Assembly (NCBI RefSeq): GCF_008065095.1
Contig: NZ_CP042911.1
Span: 1,560,001 to 1,592,000, forward strand
Direction: 5' to 3'
Length of the DNA: 32,000 nucleotides
Origin: Gemmata obscuriglobus
GTDB lineage: Bacteria > Planctomycetota > Planctomycetia > Gemmatales > Gemmataceae
The stretch's first letter is position 1. Every line of letters begins with the position of its first letter. A program made the translations under genes and the position numbers. Below are positions 14,879-22,435 of the stretch, in pieces. The notes beneath the pieces were generated by a model. The model searched no databases. It saw only the letters and a program-made list of their open reading frames with translations, and was not told the origin of the DNA.

Positions 14879-15030
14879 CGCCTGCTCCTCTACGTGCCGC
14901 CCGGCGCCCCGGGCGCCCAATGCGTGGCCCCGGGTGCCGGGCCAAGGCTGAGTATACGAGGACCGGCGCCGCCGCGCGCCGTGGGCGGCCGCGCCACAGG
15001 CGCCGGTCCGTGTGCCCATCGTGTGCGTCG

Positions 15031-15164
15031 ATTCCAGTCGTTTCAGGTTCCAAGTTCCAGGTTCCAAGTCGGCCCAGGGCTCGGCAAAAGCTCCAACGAT
15101 TCGTGCGACTGTGACTCGACTCGGAACCTGAAACTTGGAACGTGGAACCTGAAACGACTGGAAT
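15031..15164. repeat. MITE/REP-like palindromic element, family 2 (tandem 7-mers CArGTTC), copy A
   Basis: The left end is attccagtcgttt-CAGGTTC-CAAGTTC-CAGGTTC-CAAGTC. The right end is ggaacctgaaacttggaacgtggaacctgaaacgactggaat. The first 22 nt of the two termini are perfect inverted repeats. Confidence 0.75.
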
Positions 15165-15209
15165 CCGATAGAAGTAACCGCTCGGCAGGGCGTCGGTTGC
15201 ACCCGCCGG

Positions 15210-15251
15210 GACACCGGCGGTTCGACCGCGGCTCGTCGAACCGCCGGTGTC
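15210..15251. repeat. Perfect 17-bp-stem hairpin between the two family-2 elements
   Basis: The arms are gacaccggcggttcgac (15210-15226) and gtcgaaccgccggtgtc (15235-15251). The loop is cgcggctc. Confidence 0.8.
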
Positions 15252-15293
15252 AGCCGGCGGGTGGCGCTCCCAACCACCGATACTCTTCAACCG

Positions 15294-15397
15294 GATTCCA
15301 GGTTCCAAGTTCCGAGTGGAGTCGCGAGCGACACGAACCGCCGGAGCTTTTTGACGAGCCCTGGTCCGACCTGGAACCTGGAACCTGAAACGACTGG
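15294..15397. repeat. MITE/REP-like palindromic element, family 2, copy B (inverted relative to A, one terminus shorter)
   Basis: The reverse complement reads ccagtcgtttcaggttccaggttccaggtcggAccagggctcgTcaaaaagctcc..., which parallels copy A (...gtcggCccagggctcgGcaaaagctcc...). The element ends 8 nt before the uvrA-like ATG. Confidence 0.7.
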
Positions 15398-15404
15398 TTT
15401 CGTT

Positions 15405-17948
15405 ATGAGCACCAAGAACCGCCCCAGCGAACCGACCGGCGGCGCGCACGCCGGGTTCGTGCGGGTCCGCGGGGCGCGCACGCACAACCTCAAAGGCGTG
15501 GACGTGGACGTGCCCCGCGCCGCGCTCGTCGTGTTCACCGGCGTGTCCGGGTCGGGCAAGTCGTCGCTCGCGTTCGGCACCCTGTTCGCGGAGGCGCAGC
15601 GGCGCTACCTGGAGTCCGTCTCCCCGTACGCGCGGCGGCTGTTCAACCAGGTCGGGGTGCCCGAGGTGGACGAGATCGAGGGCCTGCCGCCGGCCGTCGC
15701 GCTCCAGCAGCAGCGCGGGGCGCCGACCACCCGGTCCTCGGTGGGGAGCGTGACGACGCTCTCGAACCTGCTCCGCATGCTCTACTCCCGCGCCGGCGAC
15801 TACCCGCCCGGCCGGCCGCTCCTGTACGCCGAGTCGTTCTCCCCGAACACGCCCGAGGGCGCGTGCCCGACGTGCCACGGGCTGGGCCGGGTGTACGACG
15901 CGACCGAGGCGTCCGTGCTGCGCGACGCGGCGCTCTCGATCCGCGCCGGGGCGGTCGCCGCGTGGCCCCAGGCGTGGCAGGGGCAGAACCTCCGCGACAT
16001 CGTCACCGCCCGCGGCGTCGACATCGACACGCCCTGGCGGGACCTGCCGAAGACGGAGCGCGACTGGATCCTGTTCGCCGACGAGCAGCCGCAGGTGCCC
16101 GTGTACCCGCACGCCAGCCTCGAGGAGGTCAAGCGGGCGCAGAAGAAGAAGGAGCGGCACGACTACCTGGGCACGTTCACCAGCGTCCGCCGGTACGTGC
16201 TGGAGACGTTCGCCAAGTCCGAGAGCCCGCTCATGAAGCGGCGGGCGGCGCAGTTCCTGGTGAGCACCGACTGCCCGACGTGCCGCGGCAAGCGGCTCCG
16301 GCCCGAGGCGCTCGCCGTCACCTTCGGCGGCCTCGACATCACCGACCTGTCGCGGCAGCCGCTCAAGCGCCTGCTCGCGCTCTTCCGGCCCCACGCCGAC
16401 GGGCGCGCCGCGGGGCGCGCGGCGCTCGCGGCGGAGCACCCGGAGAAGGCCGAGGTCGTTCGGCGGATCGCCCGGGACCTGACCGGCCGGCTCGAGGTGC
16501 TGCTCGATCTGGGGCTCGGGTACCTTACACTCGACCGGAGCACCCCCACGCTCTCGCCCGGCGAACTCCAGCGGCTGCGGCTCGCGACCCAGGTGCGCTC
16601 GAACCTGTTCGGCGTGGTGTACGTCCTGGACGAACCGTCCGCCGGGCTCCACCCCGCCGACACCGAGGCCCTCTTGCGCGCGCTCGACCGGCTTAAAGCG
16701 GCCGGCAACTCGCTCTTCGTCGTCGAGCACGAGCTCGAAGTGGTACGGCACGCCGACTGGATTGTTGACGTGGGGCCAGACGCCGGAGAGGGCGGGGGGC
16801 GGGTCCTCTACAGCGGCCCGCCCGCCGGTTTAAGAAAGGTTAAAGAGTCCCGGACGCGGGCGCACCTTTTCGCAGAGGGCGCCCGCCGGCCCGCGCCGCC
16901 GCGGGCGCCCGGCGGGTGGCTCCGGCTGACCGGGGTGACCCGGAACAACTTGACCGGCATCGACGCCGCGTTCCCGCTGGCCGCGCTCACCGCGGTGACC
17001 GGCGTGTCCGGGTCGGGCAAGTCGAGCCTCGTCAGCCAGGCGCTGGTCGAACTCGTCGCGGCCCACCTCGGGCGCGCGCCGCTGGCGGAGGAGGACGAGG
17101 GGAACGAACTGGAGCGCGCCCCGGTCGCGCCCGTCGGCGGGCGCATCGCGAGCGGGGCGGACCGCGTCACGCGCCTGGTGGTCGTCGACCAGAAGGCGAT
17201 CGGCCGCACGCCGCGCTCGAACCTCGCCACCTATACGGGCCTGTTCGACCACGTGCGGAAGCTGTTCGCGGCCACCGCGGCGGCCAAGGGCCGCAAGTAC
17301 GGGGCAGGGCGGTTCTCCTTCAACGTGGCCGGCGGGCGGTGCGAGACGTGCTCGGGCGAAGGCTTCGTGATGGTCGAGCTGCTGTTCCTGCCGAGCGTGT
17401 ACGCGCCGTGCCCGGCGTGCCGCGGCGCGCGGTACAACGCGCAGACCCTCGAGATCGAGTACCGCGGGAAGAGCATCGCCGACGTGCTCGGTATGACCGT
17501 GGACGCCGCGTGGGCGTTTTTCGTCGACGAGCCGCAGGTGCGCCGGCCGCTCGCGGCGCTGCGCGACGTCGGGCTCGGGTACCTGCGGCTCGGGCAGCCC
17601 GCGACGGAACTCTCCGGCGGCGAGGCGCAGCGGATCAAGCTCGCCACCGAACTCCAGCGCGCCGGCCGCGGCGACACGCTGTACGTGCTCGACGAGCCCA
17701 CGACCGGCCTCCACCCCGCGGACGTCGAGAAGCTCCTGGCGCAACTGGACGGGCTCGTCGCGGCCGGCAACACCGTCGTGGTCGTTGAGCACGACATGCA
17801 GGTGATCGCCCGCGCCGACTGGGTCATCGACGTCGGCCCCGGGGCGGGCGACGAGGGCGGCACGGTGGTGGCGACCGGCCCGCCGGCGGACGTGGCCCGG
17901 AGCAAGGCGAGCCGCACGGCCCCGTACCTGTTGCGCACGCTATCCTGA
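15405..17948 (+). CDS. uvrA: UvrA-family ABC ATPase, class-II-type paralog lacking the UvrB-binding insert (847 aa)
   Basis: ATG at 15405 (MSTKNRP...). The N-terminal region reads VRVRGARTHNLKGVDVDVPRAALVVFTGVSGSGKSSLAFGTLFAEAQRRYLESVSPYARR. There are two ABC modules (GVSGSGKSSL twice; LSGGEAQRIKLATEL; LDEPTTGLH). The zinc modules include CPTCHGLG, CPTCRGKR and CETCSGEG...CPACRGAR. The sequence goes straight from ...LYSRAGDYPPGRPLLYAESFSPNTPEGACPTCHGLG, so the ~140-aa UvrB-binding domain of canonical UvrA is absent. Confidence 0.9.
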   Translation: MSTKNRPSEPTGGAHAGFVRVRGARTHNLKGVDVDVPRAALVVFTGVSGSGKSSLAFGTLFAEAQRRYLESVSPYARRLFNQVGVPEVDEIEGLPPAVALQQQRGAPTTRSSVGSVTTLSNLLRMLYSRAGDYPPGRPLLYAESFSPNTPEGACPTCHGLGRVYDATEASVLRDAALSIRAGAVAAWPQAWQGQNLRDIVTARGVDIDTPWRDLPKTERDWILFADEQPQVPVYPHASLEEVKRAQKKKERHDYLGTFTSVRRYVLETFAKSESPLMKRRAAQFLVSTDCPTCRGKRLRPEALAVTFGGLDITDLSRQPLKRLLALFRPHADGRAAGRAALAAEHPEKAEVVRRIARDLTGRLEVLLDLGLGYLTLDRSTPTLSPGELQRLRLATQVRSNLFGVVYVLDEPSAGLHPADTEALLRALDRLKAAGNSLFVVEHELEVVRHADWIVDVGPDAGEGGGRVLYSGPPAGLRKVKESRTRAHLFAEGARRPAPPRAPGGWLRLTGVTRNNLTGIDAAFPLAALTAVTGVSGSGKSSLVSQALVELVAAHLGRAPLAEEDEGNELERAPVAPVGGRIASGADRVTRLVVVDQKAIGRTPRSNLATYTGLFDHVRKLFAATAAAKGRKYGAGRFSFNVAGGRCETCSGEGFVMVELLFLPSVYAPCPACRGARYNAQTLEIEYRGKSIADVLGMTVDAAWAFFVDEPQVRRPLAALRDVGLGYLRLGQPATELSGGEAQRIKLATELQRAGRGDTLYVLDEPTTGLHPADVEKLLAQLDGLVAAGNTVVVVEHDMQVIARADWVIDVGPGAGDEGGTVVATGPPADVARSKASRTAPYLLRTLS

Positions 17949-18071
17949 TAGGCCGCACCGGTACGGGACGCGGCTGCTCCTGCGCGCTTTGTAATGAGAA
18001 CGGGCGGCGGAAGGGACGGGGCGTTGCGGCTTCGTTCCGACCCCGGCGGGCCGCGTGTTCGCGAAGACAAG

Positions 18072-18149
18072 TTTTGACAGGATCGACAGGATAAACAGGA
18101 TTTCAGATCGATCGGTCTTTATCCGGTGAATCCTGTCGATCCTGTCAAA
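18072..18149. repeat. MITE/REP-like palindromic element, family 1, copy 2, between convergent genes
   Basis: The sequence is ttttGACAGGATcGACAGGATaAACAGGATttcagatcgatcggtctttATCCGGTGaATCCTGTCgATCCTGTCaaa. It lies between the uvrA-like stop (17948) and the stop of the FHA gene (18170). Confidence 0.75.
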
Positions 18150-18169
18150 TTAATCCGATCTATTTTCCC

Positions 18170-21100
18170 CTACCCGGCCTTCTTCAAGCCGACGGCGACA
18201 TCCGGTGCGTTGTCGAGCACGTGCTTCAGCAACTTCTCCCAGGCGTCGTCACTGAACGGCGTGTCCCGCGCGATGCGCTGGAGGTCCGCCAGCAGCTCCG
18301 CGGCCGACTCGTACGGCTGGGCCATCGGCACCGTGTCGGCCATCGGCGGTTCCGCGTCCGCCTCCAGCCGCCGGATCACCCCCCACACCGCTTCCGGGAA
18401 CCCCTTGGTCCGCGCCACCCGCTTGCGGCCGGCCAGTTGCGACCACCCGAACGCCACCTGCCCGAACGCCCGCAGGTCGGCCGCGGCGGACGGCTCCGCG
18501 CCCGCCGCCGGCACCTGGGCCAGCCACGCCGGCTCGCCGAACTCCGTTACCTTGAGCACCCCCTCGGGCGTCAGCACGAACGAGTCGGACGTCAGCCGCC
18601 CGTGGACCAGCCCGACCTTGTGCGCCGCGTCGAGCGCGCTCGCGGCCATCAGCGCGAGCCGCATCCAGCACCCCGGGTGGGCCGCGAACGCCGGCCAGTC
18701 GGCGCTGAACAGCCCGGTCAGCCACTCCAGCAGCACCGCGGGCCGGCCGTTGATCTCCAGCACCTCCACCACGCCCGCGAGGTTCGGGTGGGCGGCCCCG
18801 TGGGCCGCGCCGAAGCGCTGCCGGAACTCGTCCGGGTGGACGGGGTCCTGCATCTCGGCTTCGCTCAGGTGCCGCAGCAGGTACAGCCCGCCCGAGCGCT
18901 CGCCCGCGCGGGCGGGGTCGAACACGCGGTACATCGCCTCCTTCGGCGTCACCCGCAGCCGGTCGATGACCCGCAGCCGCCCGAGCACCAGGGCGTCCAG
19001 GTTGCCGGCCTCGATCAGCGCGAGCTGGTACAAGGTGATGGCGCCGCTCGCGAGCAGCACCTGCCGCAGCGTCCGGCGCTGCCGCGTCGCCTCCTCCCAC
19101 AGCGCCGTGACAATGTCGGCGTCCACCAGCCCCAGCGAGCGCAGCAGCTCGCCAAGCTGCACGTCCCCGGGCTCGAGTTCCGCGACGAGGGCGTCGGTCG
19201 GAATGCGGGGCGGCGCGTCGGCCGCCGGGACGCCCGGCTCGTGCAGCCGGGGCGCGGCCGGCGGCTCGTCCGGCGGCGCGTCCGCGGTGCGTTTGCCGTC
19301 GGCCCTCGACTGCGCGAGTTCGCGGAGCTTCTTCCGGTACCACTCGCGCATGTCCGACAGGTGCCGCTCCACCTCCGTGCGCCGAACGGTCAGCTCCTCC
19401 CGCTCGCGGCGCAGCCGGTCGGTCTCCTCGGCGAGCTGCTTGGCCGCGTCGCTGGCGGCGGTGGCGGCCTCGGCCGCGGCGGCCTGCTTCGCGTCCAGCC
19501 GGTTCTCGCTCGACGACAGCAGCCGCCGCATGTCCGCCACGGTCCCCTGCCACTCGATGAGCTGCTGCCGGAACGCCGTGACCGCCAGCCGGTGCTCGTC
19601 CCGGGCGCGGTCGAGCGCCTCGTTCTTCTCGCGGAGCCGTTCGGCCTCCTCGCGCACCTGGGCGCGGGCCGCTTCGAGGTCGGCCCGGCTGGTCCGCGCG
19701 AACTCGTTCAGCTCGTTGAGGTGCCCGCGGAGCATGTCGCGGGCGCCGGACAGGCGCTCCAGCGCGAGCTTCGCCTGGTCGTCGAGTTCGGGCGCCTGCG
19801 CCCGGAGCGCGTCGAGGTCGGCGGCGGCCCGGGCGCGGAACGCCTCGAGCTGCTCGCGGGCGTCGCGGTCCGCCGCTAGCGCGGCGGCGCGGTCGGCCTC
19901 CCACGTCCCGCGGGCGGTCGCCAGGGCCTTTCGTTCCGCGGCGACGGCGGCGCCCACGTCCTTCAGCCGGCCCACCTGGCGGGCGAGCGCTTCCTCCTTC
20001 GTGGCGAAATCGGCCACCTGCCGCTCCAGCGCCGCGGCCCGGGCGTCGAGGTCCTGGCGGCGGGCGGCCGTCTCGTCCTCGATCGCCTGCCGGGCGCCGT
20101 CGAGCGCCGCGCGGGCCTGCTCGACCTGCGCCCGCTCGGCCGCGAGTTGCAGCTCGCGCTCGTCGAGCGCGCGCCCCCGGGCGCCGAGCTCTTCGGCCCG
20201 CCGGCGCAACTGCTCCTGGAGCGCCTGGCGGGCCTCTTCGGACTGGGACAGCGCCGCCTCGCGCTCGCGGAGCGCGACCCGGTCCGTTTCGAGCCGGCCC
20301 TGAAGGTCCACGGCCTGCGACATCCGCCCCTTGAGCATGCCCGCCTGCTCGGCGAACTCGGCGGACCGGACGTCCAGCTCCGCTTCGCGGTCCCGGAGGC
20401 GCTTCGCCTCGGCCGCGAGCTGCTCCTTCTGGACGCGGATCTCCTCGAGCCCCGCGGCGAGCAGCGAGTCCCGCTCGTCGAGCCGGCGGCGCTCCTGGTC
20501 GGCGTTCTCTTGGACCGCGCTCAGCGCGGCCCGCACCTCTTCGGCCTCCTGGATGCGGCGCCGCAGCTCCGCCAGCGCGTCGTCCTCGCGGGTGCGGGCC
20601 GCGGCGAGCTGCCACGCCTCGCGCTCCATGTCCTGGCGGCTGCGGTCGAGCTTCGCCCGGAACACCGCGACCACCGCCTGCTGCGCCTCCAGTTGCGCGG
20701 CCCGCTCGGCGAGGGCCGCGGACTGCGCGTCCAGTTCGGTCCGTTGGTGGTCGAGCCGCTCGGCCTCGGACCGGAGCCGCTCCTGCTCGGCCGCCGCGAG
20801 GCCGACCGTCTCCTCCCACTCGGTCGCGTCGCGCTTGAGCTGGTCGAGCCGGACGTTCACCTCCTGCGTGCGAACGGCCACCGCCCGCTCGGCCGCCTCA
20901 AGGGCCGCCGTCCGGCGCTCGAGGCGGGCCAAATCGTCCTGGAACCGGGCGCGCTCGGCCTCGAACTCGTCGCGCGCGGCCCGGACCAGGGTCTCGCGGT
21001 CCGACACCACCCGCTCGCGCGTCGAGAGGTCGGCTTCCCACGCGGTGAGGCGCTCCGCGTCGGCCGCCTTCTGGGCCTCGAACGTGGTGCGCTCGCGCTC

Positions 21101-22036
21101 GAAGATGTCGCGGTCGGCGGCGAACATGTCGCGCTGCCGCGACAGCTCCTGGGCCTGCGCCGCCAGCCGCGTCTCTCCGTCGCGGAGCGCCTGCGCCCGG
21201 GGCTCGTGGGCCGCCCGCTCGGCGTCCAGCGCTTCGCGCTCCGATTGGACCTGATCGGCCCGCCGCCCCAGCTCCTCGCGCTGCCCCCGGCACTCCTCCA
21301 CCCACTGCCGGCGCAGGTCGGTCAGCTCGTGGCGGGTGCGCGCCAGCTCGGCCTCTTTCGCCGCCGCCTCGGCCGCGCGCAGGTCGGCCAGCTCCTGTTC
21401 GATCGCCCGGCGCCGGTCGTGCCACAGGTTGCGGTCGGCGTCGAGCTCCTCGGCGGACCGGTCCAGCTCGCGCCGCCGGCGAACGAACTCGGCGTCGCGG
21501 GCCTCCCACTCGGCCCGGCGGTCGGCCTCCTCGGCGTCGAGCGCGCGGCGGCGGGCGTCGAGCTTCTCGTACTCGGCGGTGAGGTCGGGCGCGGCGGGCT
21601 CTTCGGGCACCGCGACCGCGAGCGGCACGTCGTCGAGCGGCACCAGCTTCGGCGACAGGTACGCGGGTCCCGGTTCGGGCACGGCCGGGGACGGGATGTG
21701 AACGCCGATCACCAGCCCGGCGACCTGGAGCGTGTCCCCGTGGTGCACGGGCACCGCGCCGCCCGTGGGCAGCGGGTCGTCGTTGAGCGCGACCGGCAGT
21801 GCGGCCGCGACCCGGCGCACGCGGACGCCGTCCGGCCGGCGCGTGAACTGAACGGCCACCGGGGGGGAGCCCGGCGCGCTCAAGCGGAGGTCGCACCCGG
21901 GGGCGGTGCCGATGAGGAACTCTTCGCCGAGGAAATCGTGACCGATCACGCGCCCGGCCGCGGTGCGCACGCCGAACCGGACCCGGGGCAGGTCGGGCCG
22001 GTCGCCGGGCGTCGGGTTCGGGAGCGGGGCCATCAT
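18170..22036 (-). CDS. Giant multidomain protein (1288 aa): FHA domain, ~750-aa coiled coil, T2SSE_N-like helical motif, degenerate Ser/Thr-kinase-like (pseudokinase) domain
   Basis: The FHA-like N-terminus spans ~21698-21985 (FLIGTAPGCDLRL...NDDPLPTGGAVPVHHGDTLQVAGLVIGVHI). An uninterrupted Arg/Glu/Ala/Leu/Asp heptad-rich region spans ~19320-21580. It is followed by LGELLRSLGLVDADIVTALWEEATRQRRTLRQVLLASGAITLYQLALIEAG. The kinase fold spans ~18173-18991 and contains HPNLAGVVEVLEINGRPAVLLEWLTG. The catalytic motifs are altered: VHGRLTSDS replaces HRDxKPxN, TEFG replaces DFG, there is no Gly-rich loop, and LLRHL replaces VAxK. Confidence 0.85.
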   Translation of the reverse strand: MMAPLPNPTPGDRPDLPRVRFGVRTAAGRVIGHDFLGEEFLIGTAPGCDLRLSAPGSPPVAVQFTRRPDGVRVRRVAAALPVALNDDPLPTGGAVPVHHGDTLQVAGLVIGVHIPSPAVPEPGPAYLSPKLVPLDDVPLAVAVPEEPAAPDLTAEYEKLDARRRALDAEEADRRAEWEARDAEFVRRRRELDRSAEELDADRNLWHDRRRAIEQELADLRAAEAAAKEAELARTRHELTDLRRQWVEECRGQREELGRRADQVQSEREALDAERAAHEPRAQALRDGETRLAAQAQELSRQRDMFAADRDIFERERTTFEAQKAADAERLTAWEADLSTRERVVSDRETLVRAARDEFEAERARFQDDLARLERRTAALEAAERAVAVRTQEVNVRLDQLKRDATEWEETVGLAAAEQERLRSEAERLDHQRTELDAQSAALAERAAQLEAQQAVVAVFRAKLDRSRQDMEREAWQLAAARTREDDALAELRRRIQEAEEVRAALSAVQENADQERRRLDERDSLLAAGLEEIRVQKEQLAAEAKRLRDREAELDVRSAEFAEQAGMLKGRMSQAVDLQGRLETDRVALREREAALSQSEEARQALQEQLRRRAEELGARGRALDERELQLAAERAQVEQARAALDGARQAIEDETAARRQDLDARAAALERQVADFATKEEALARQVGRLKDVGAAVAAERKALATARGTWEADRAAALAADRDAREQLEAFRARAAADLDALRAQAPELDDQAKLALERLSGARDMLRGHLNELNEFARTSRADLEAARAQVREEAERLREKNEALDRARDEHRLAVTAFRQQLIEWQGTVADMRRLLSSSENRLDAKQAAAAEAATAASDAAKQLAEETDRLRREREELTVRRTEVERHLSDMREWYRKKLRELAQSRADGKRTADAPPDEPPAAPRLHEPGVPAADAPPRIPTDALVAELEPGDVQLGELLRSLGLVDADIVTALWEEATRQRRTLRQVLLASGAITLYQLALIEAGNLDALVLGRLRVIDRLRVTPKEAMYRVFDPARAGERSGGLYLLRHLSEAEMQDPVHPDEFRQRFGAAHGAAHPNLAGVVEVLEINGRPAVLLEWLTGLFSADWPAFAAHPGCWMRLALMAASALDAAHKVGLVHGRLTSDSFVLTPEGVLKVTEFGEPAWLAQVPAAGAEPSAAADLRAFGQVAFGWSQLAGRKRVARTKGFPEAVWGVIRRLEADAEPPMADTVPMAQPYESAAELLADLQRIARDTPFSDDAWEKLLKHVLDNAPDVAVGLKKAG

Positions 22037-22197
22037 GGCGAAGTTCCGTCCGCCCGGAATCGTTCCAGGGCGCGCGTCCGTGCTGCGGATTCAGAGGGTG
22101 AGGAGATTGGAACGCATTCCGCGACCGTCCGCAAGCCGAACTGCGCTGTAGCCCGAAATCACGACAGGATATGCTCTTGGCACTCAATTACGGCGCG

Positions 22198-22337
22198 GGC
22201 GGAGGAAGAGTTTCGACAGGATCAACAGGATAGACACGATGAAGAGTGAAACACAACCAGGCGAGAGCAAGCGCGGTCCGCTCCGCACGCGTCGATCCTG
22301 TCTATCCTGTTGATCCTGTCAAAACTCTTCCTCCGCC
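22198..22337. repeat. Family-1-related palindromic element, copy 3, with extended 39-nt arms
   Basis: The arms are ggcggaggaagagtttCgacaggatcaacaggatagaca (22198-22236) and tgtctatcctgttgatcctgtcAaaactcttcctccgcc (22299-22337), with one mismatch, around a 62-nt centre. An extra GACAGGAT motif sits at 22163-22170. Confidence 0.7.
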
Positions 22338-22435
22338 CTTACGCCGCTCCGATCGCACCAGACCCTGGTGGATTTGGTATCAGGCACTCCCCTCACGGCG
22401 TTGCGCGTCGGGATCGCCGAAGCTGTGGCACTCAC

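Noticed and set aside
14811-16751. A 646-aa minus ORF antisense to the uvrA paralog, which also crosses the repeat-filled spacer.
   Set aside because: It is a shadow ORF, and it reads through MITE-like palindromes, which no real gene would be expected to do.
22151-22170. TGGCAC at ~22178-22183 as a sigma-54 promoter for a neighbouring gene.
   Set aside because: No GC lies at the required N10 spacing (TGGCACTCAATTACGG), and the orientation does not face a gene start.
18126-22249. Very long alternative-frame and antisense ORFs over the coiled-coil gene: 18126-20303 (+, 725 aa), 18249-20819 (-, 856 aa), 20147-22249 (+, 700 aa), 20898-22187 (-, 429 aa) and others.
   Set aside because: Their translations are low-complexity Ser/Ala/Arg, Arg/Gly/Pro or Leu/Arg/Gly/Pro strings typical of stop-poor off-frames in ~70% GC DNA. 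Only the 18170-22036 minus frame yields recognisable FHA, heptad and kinase-fold sequence.
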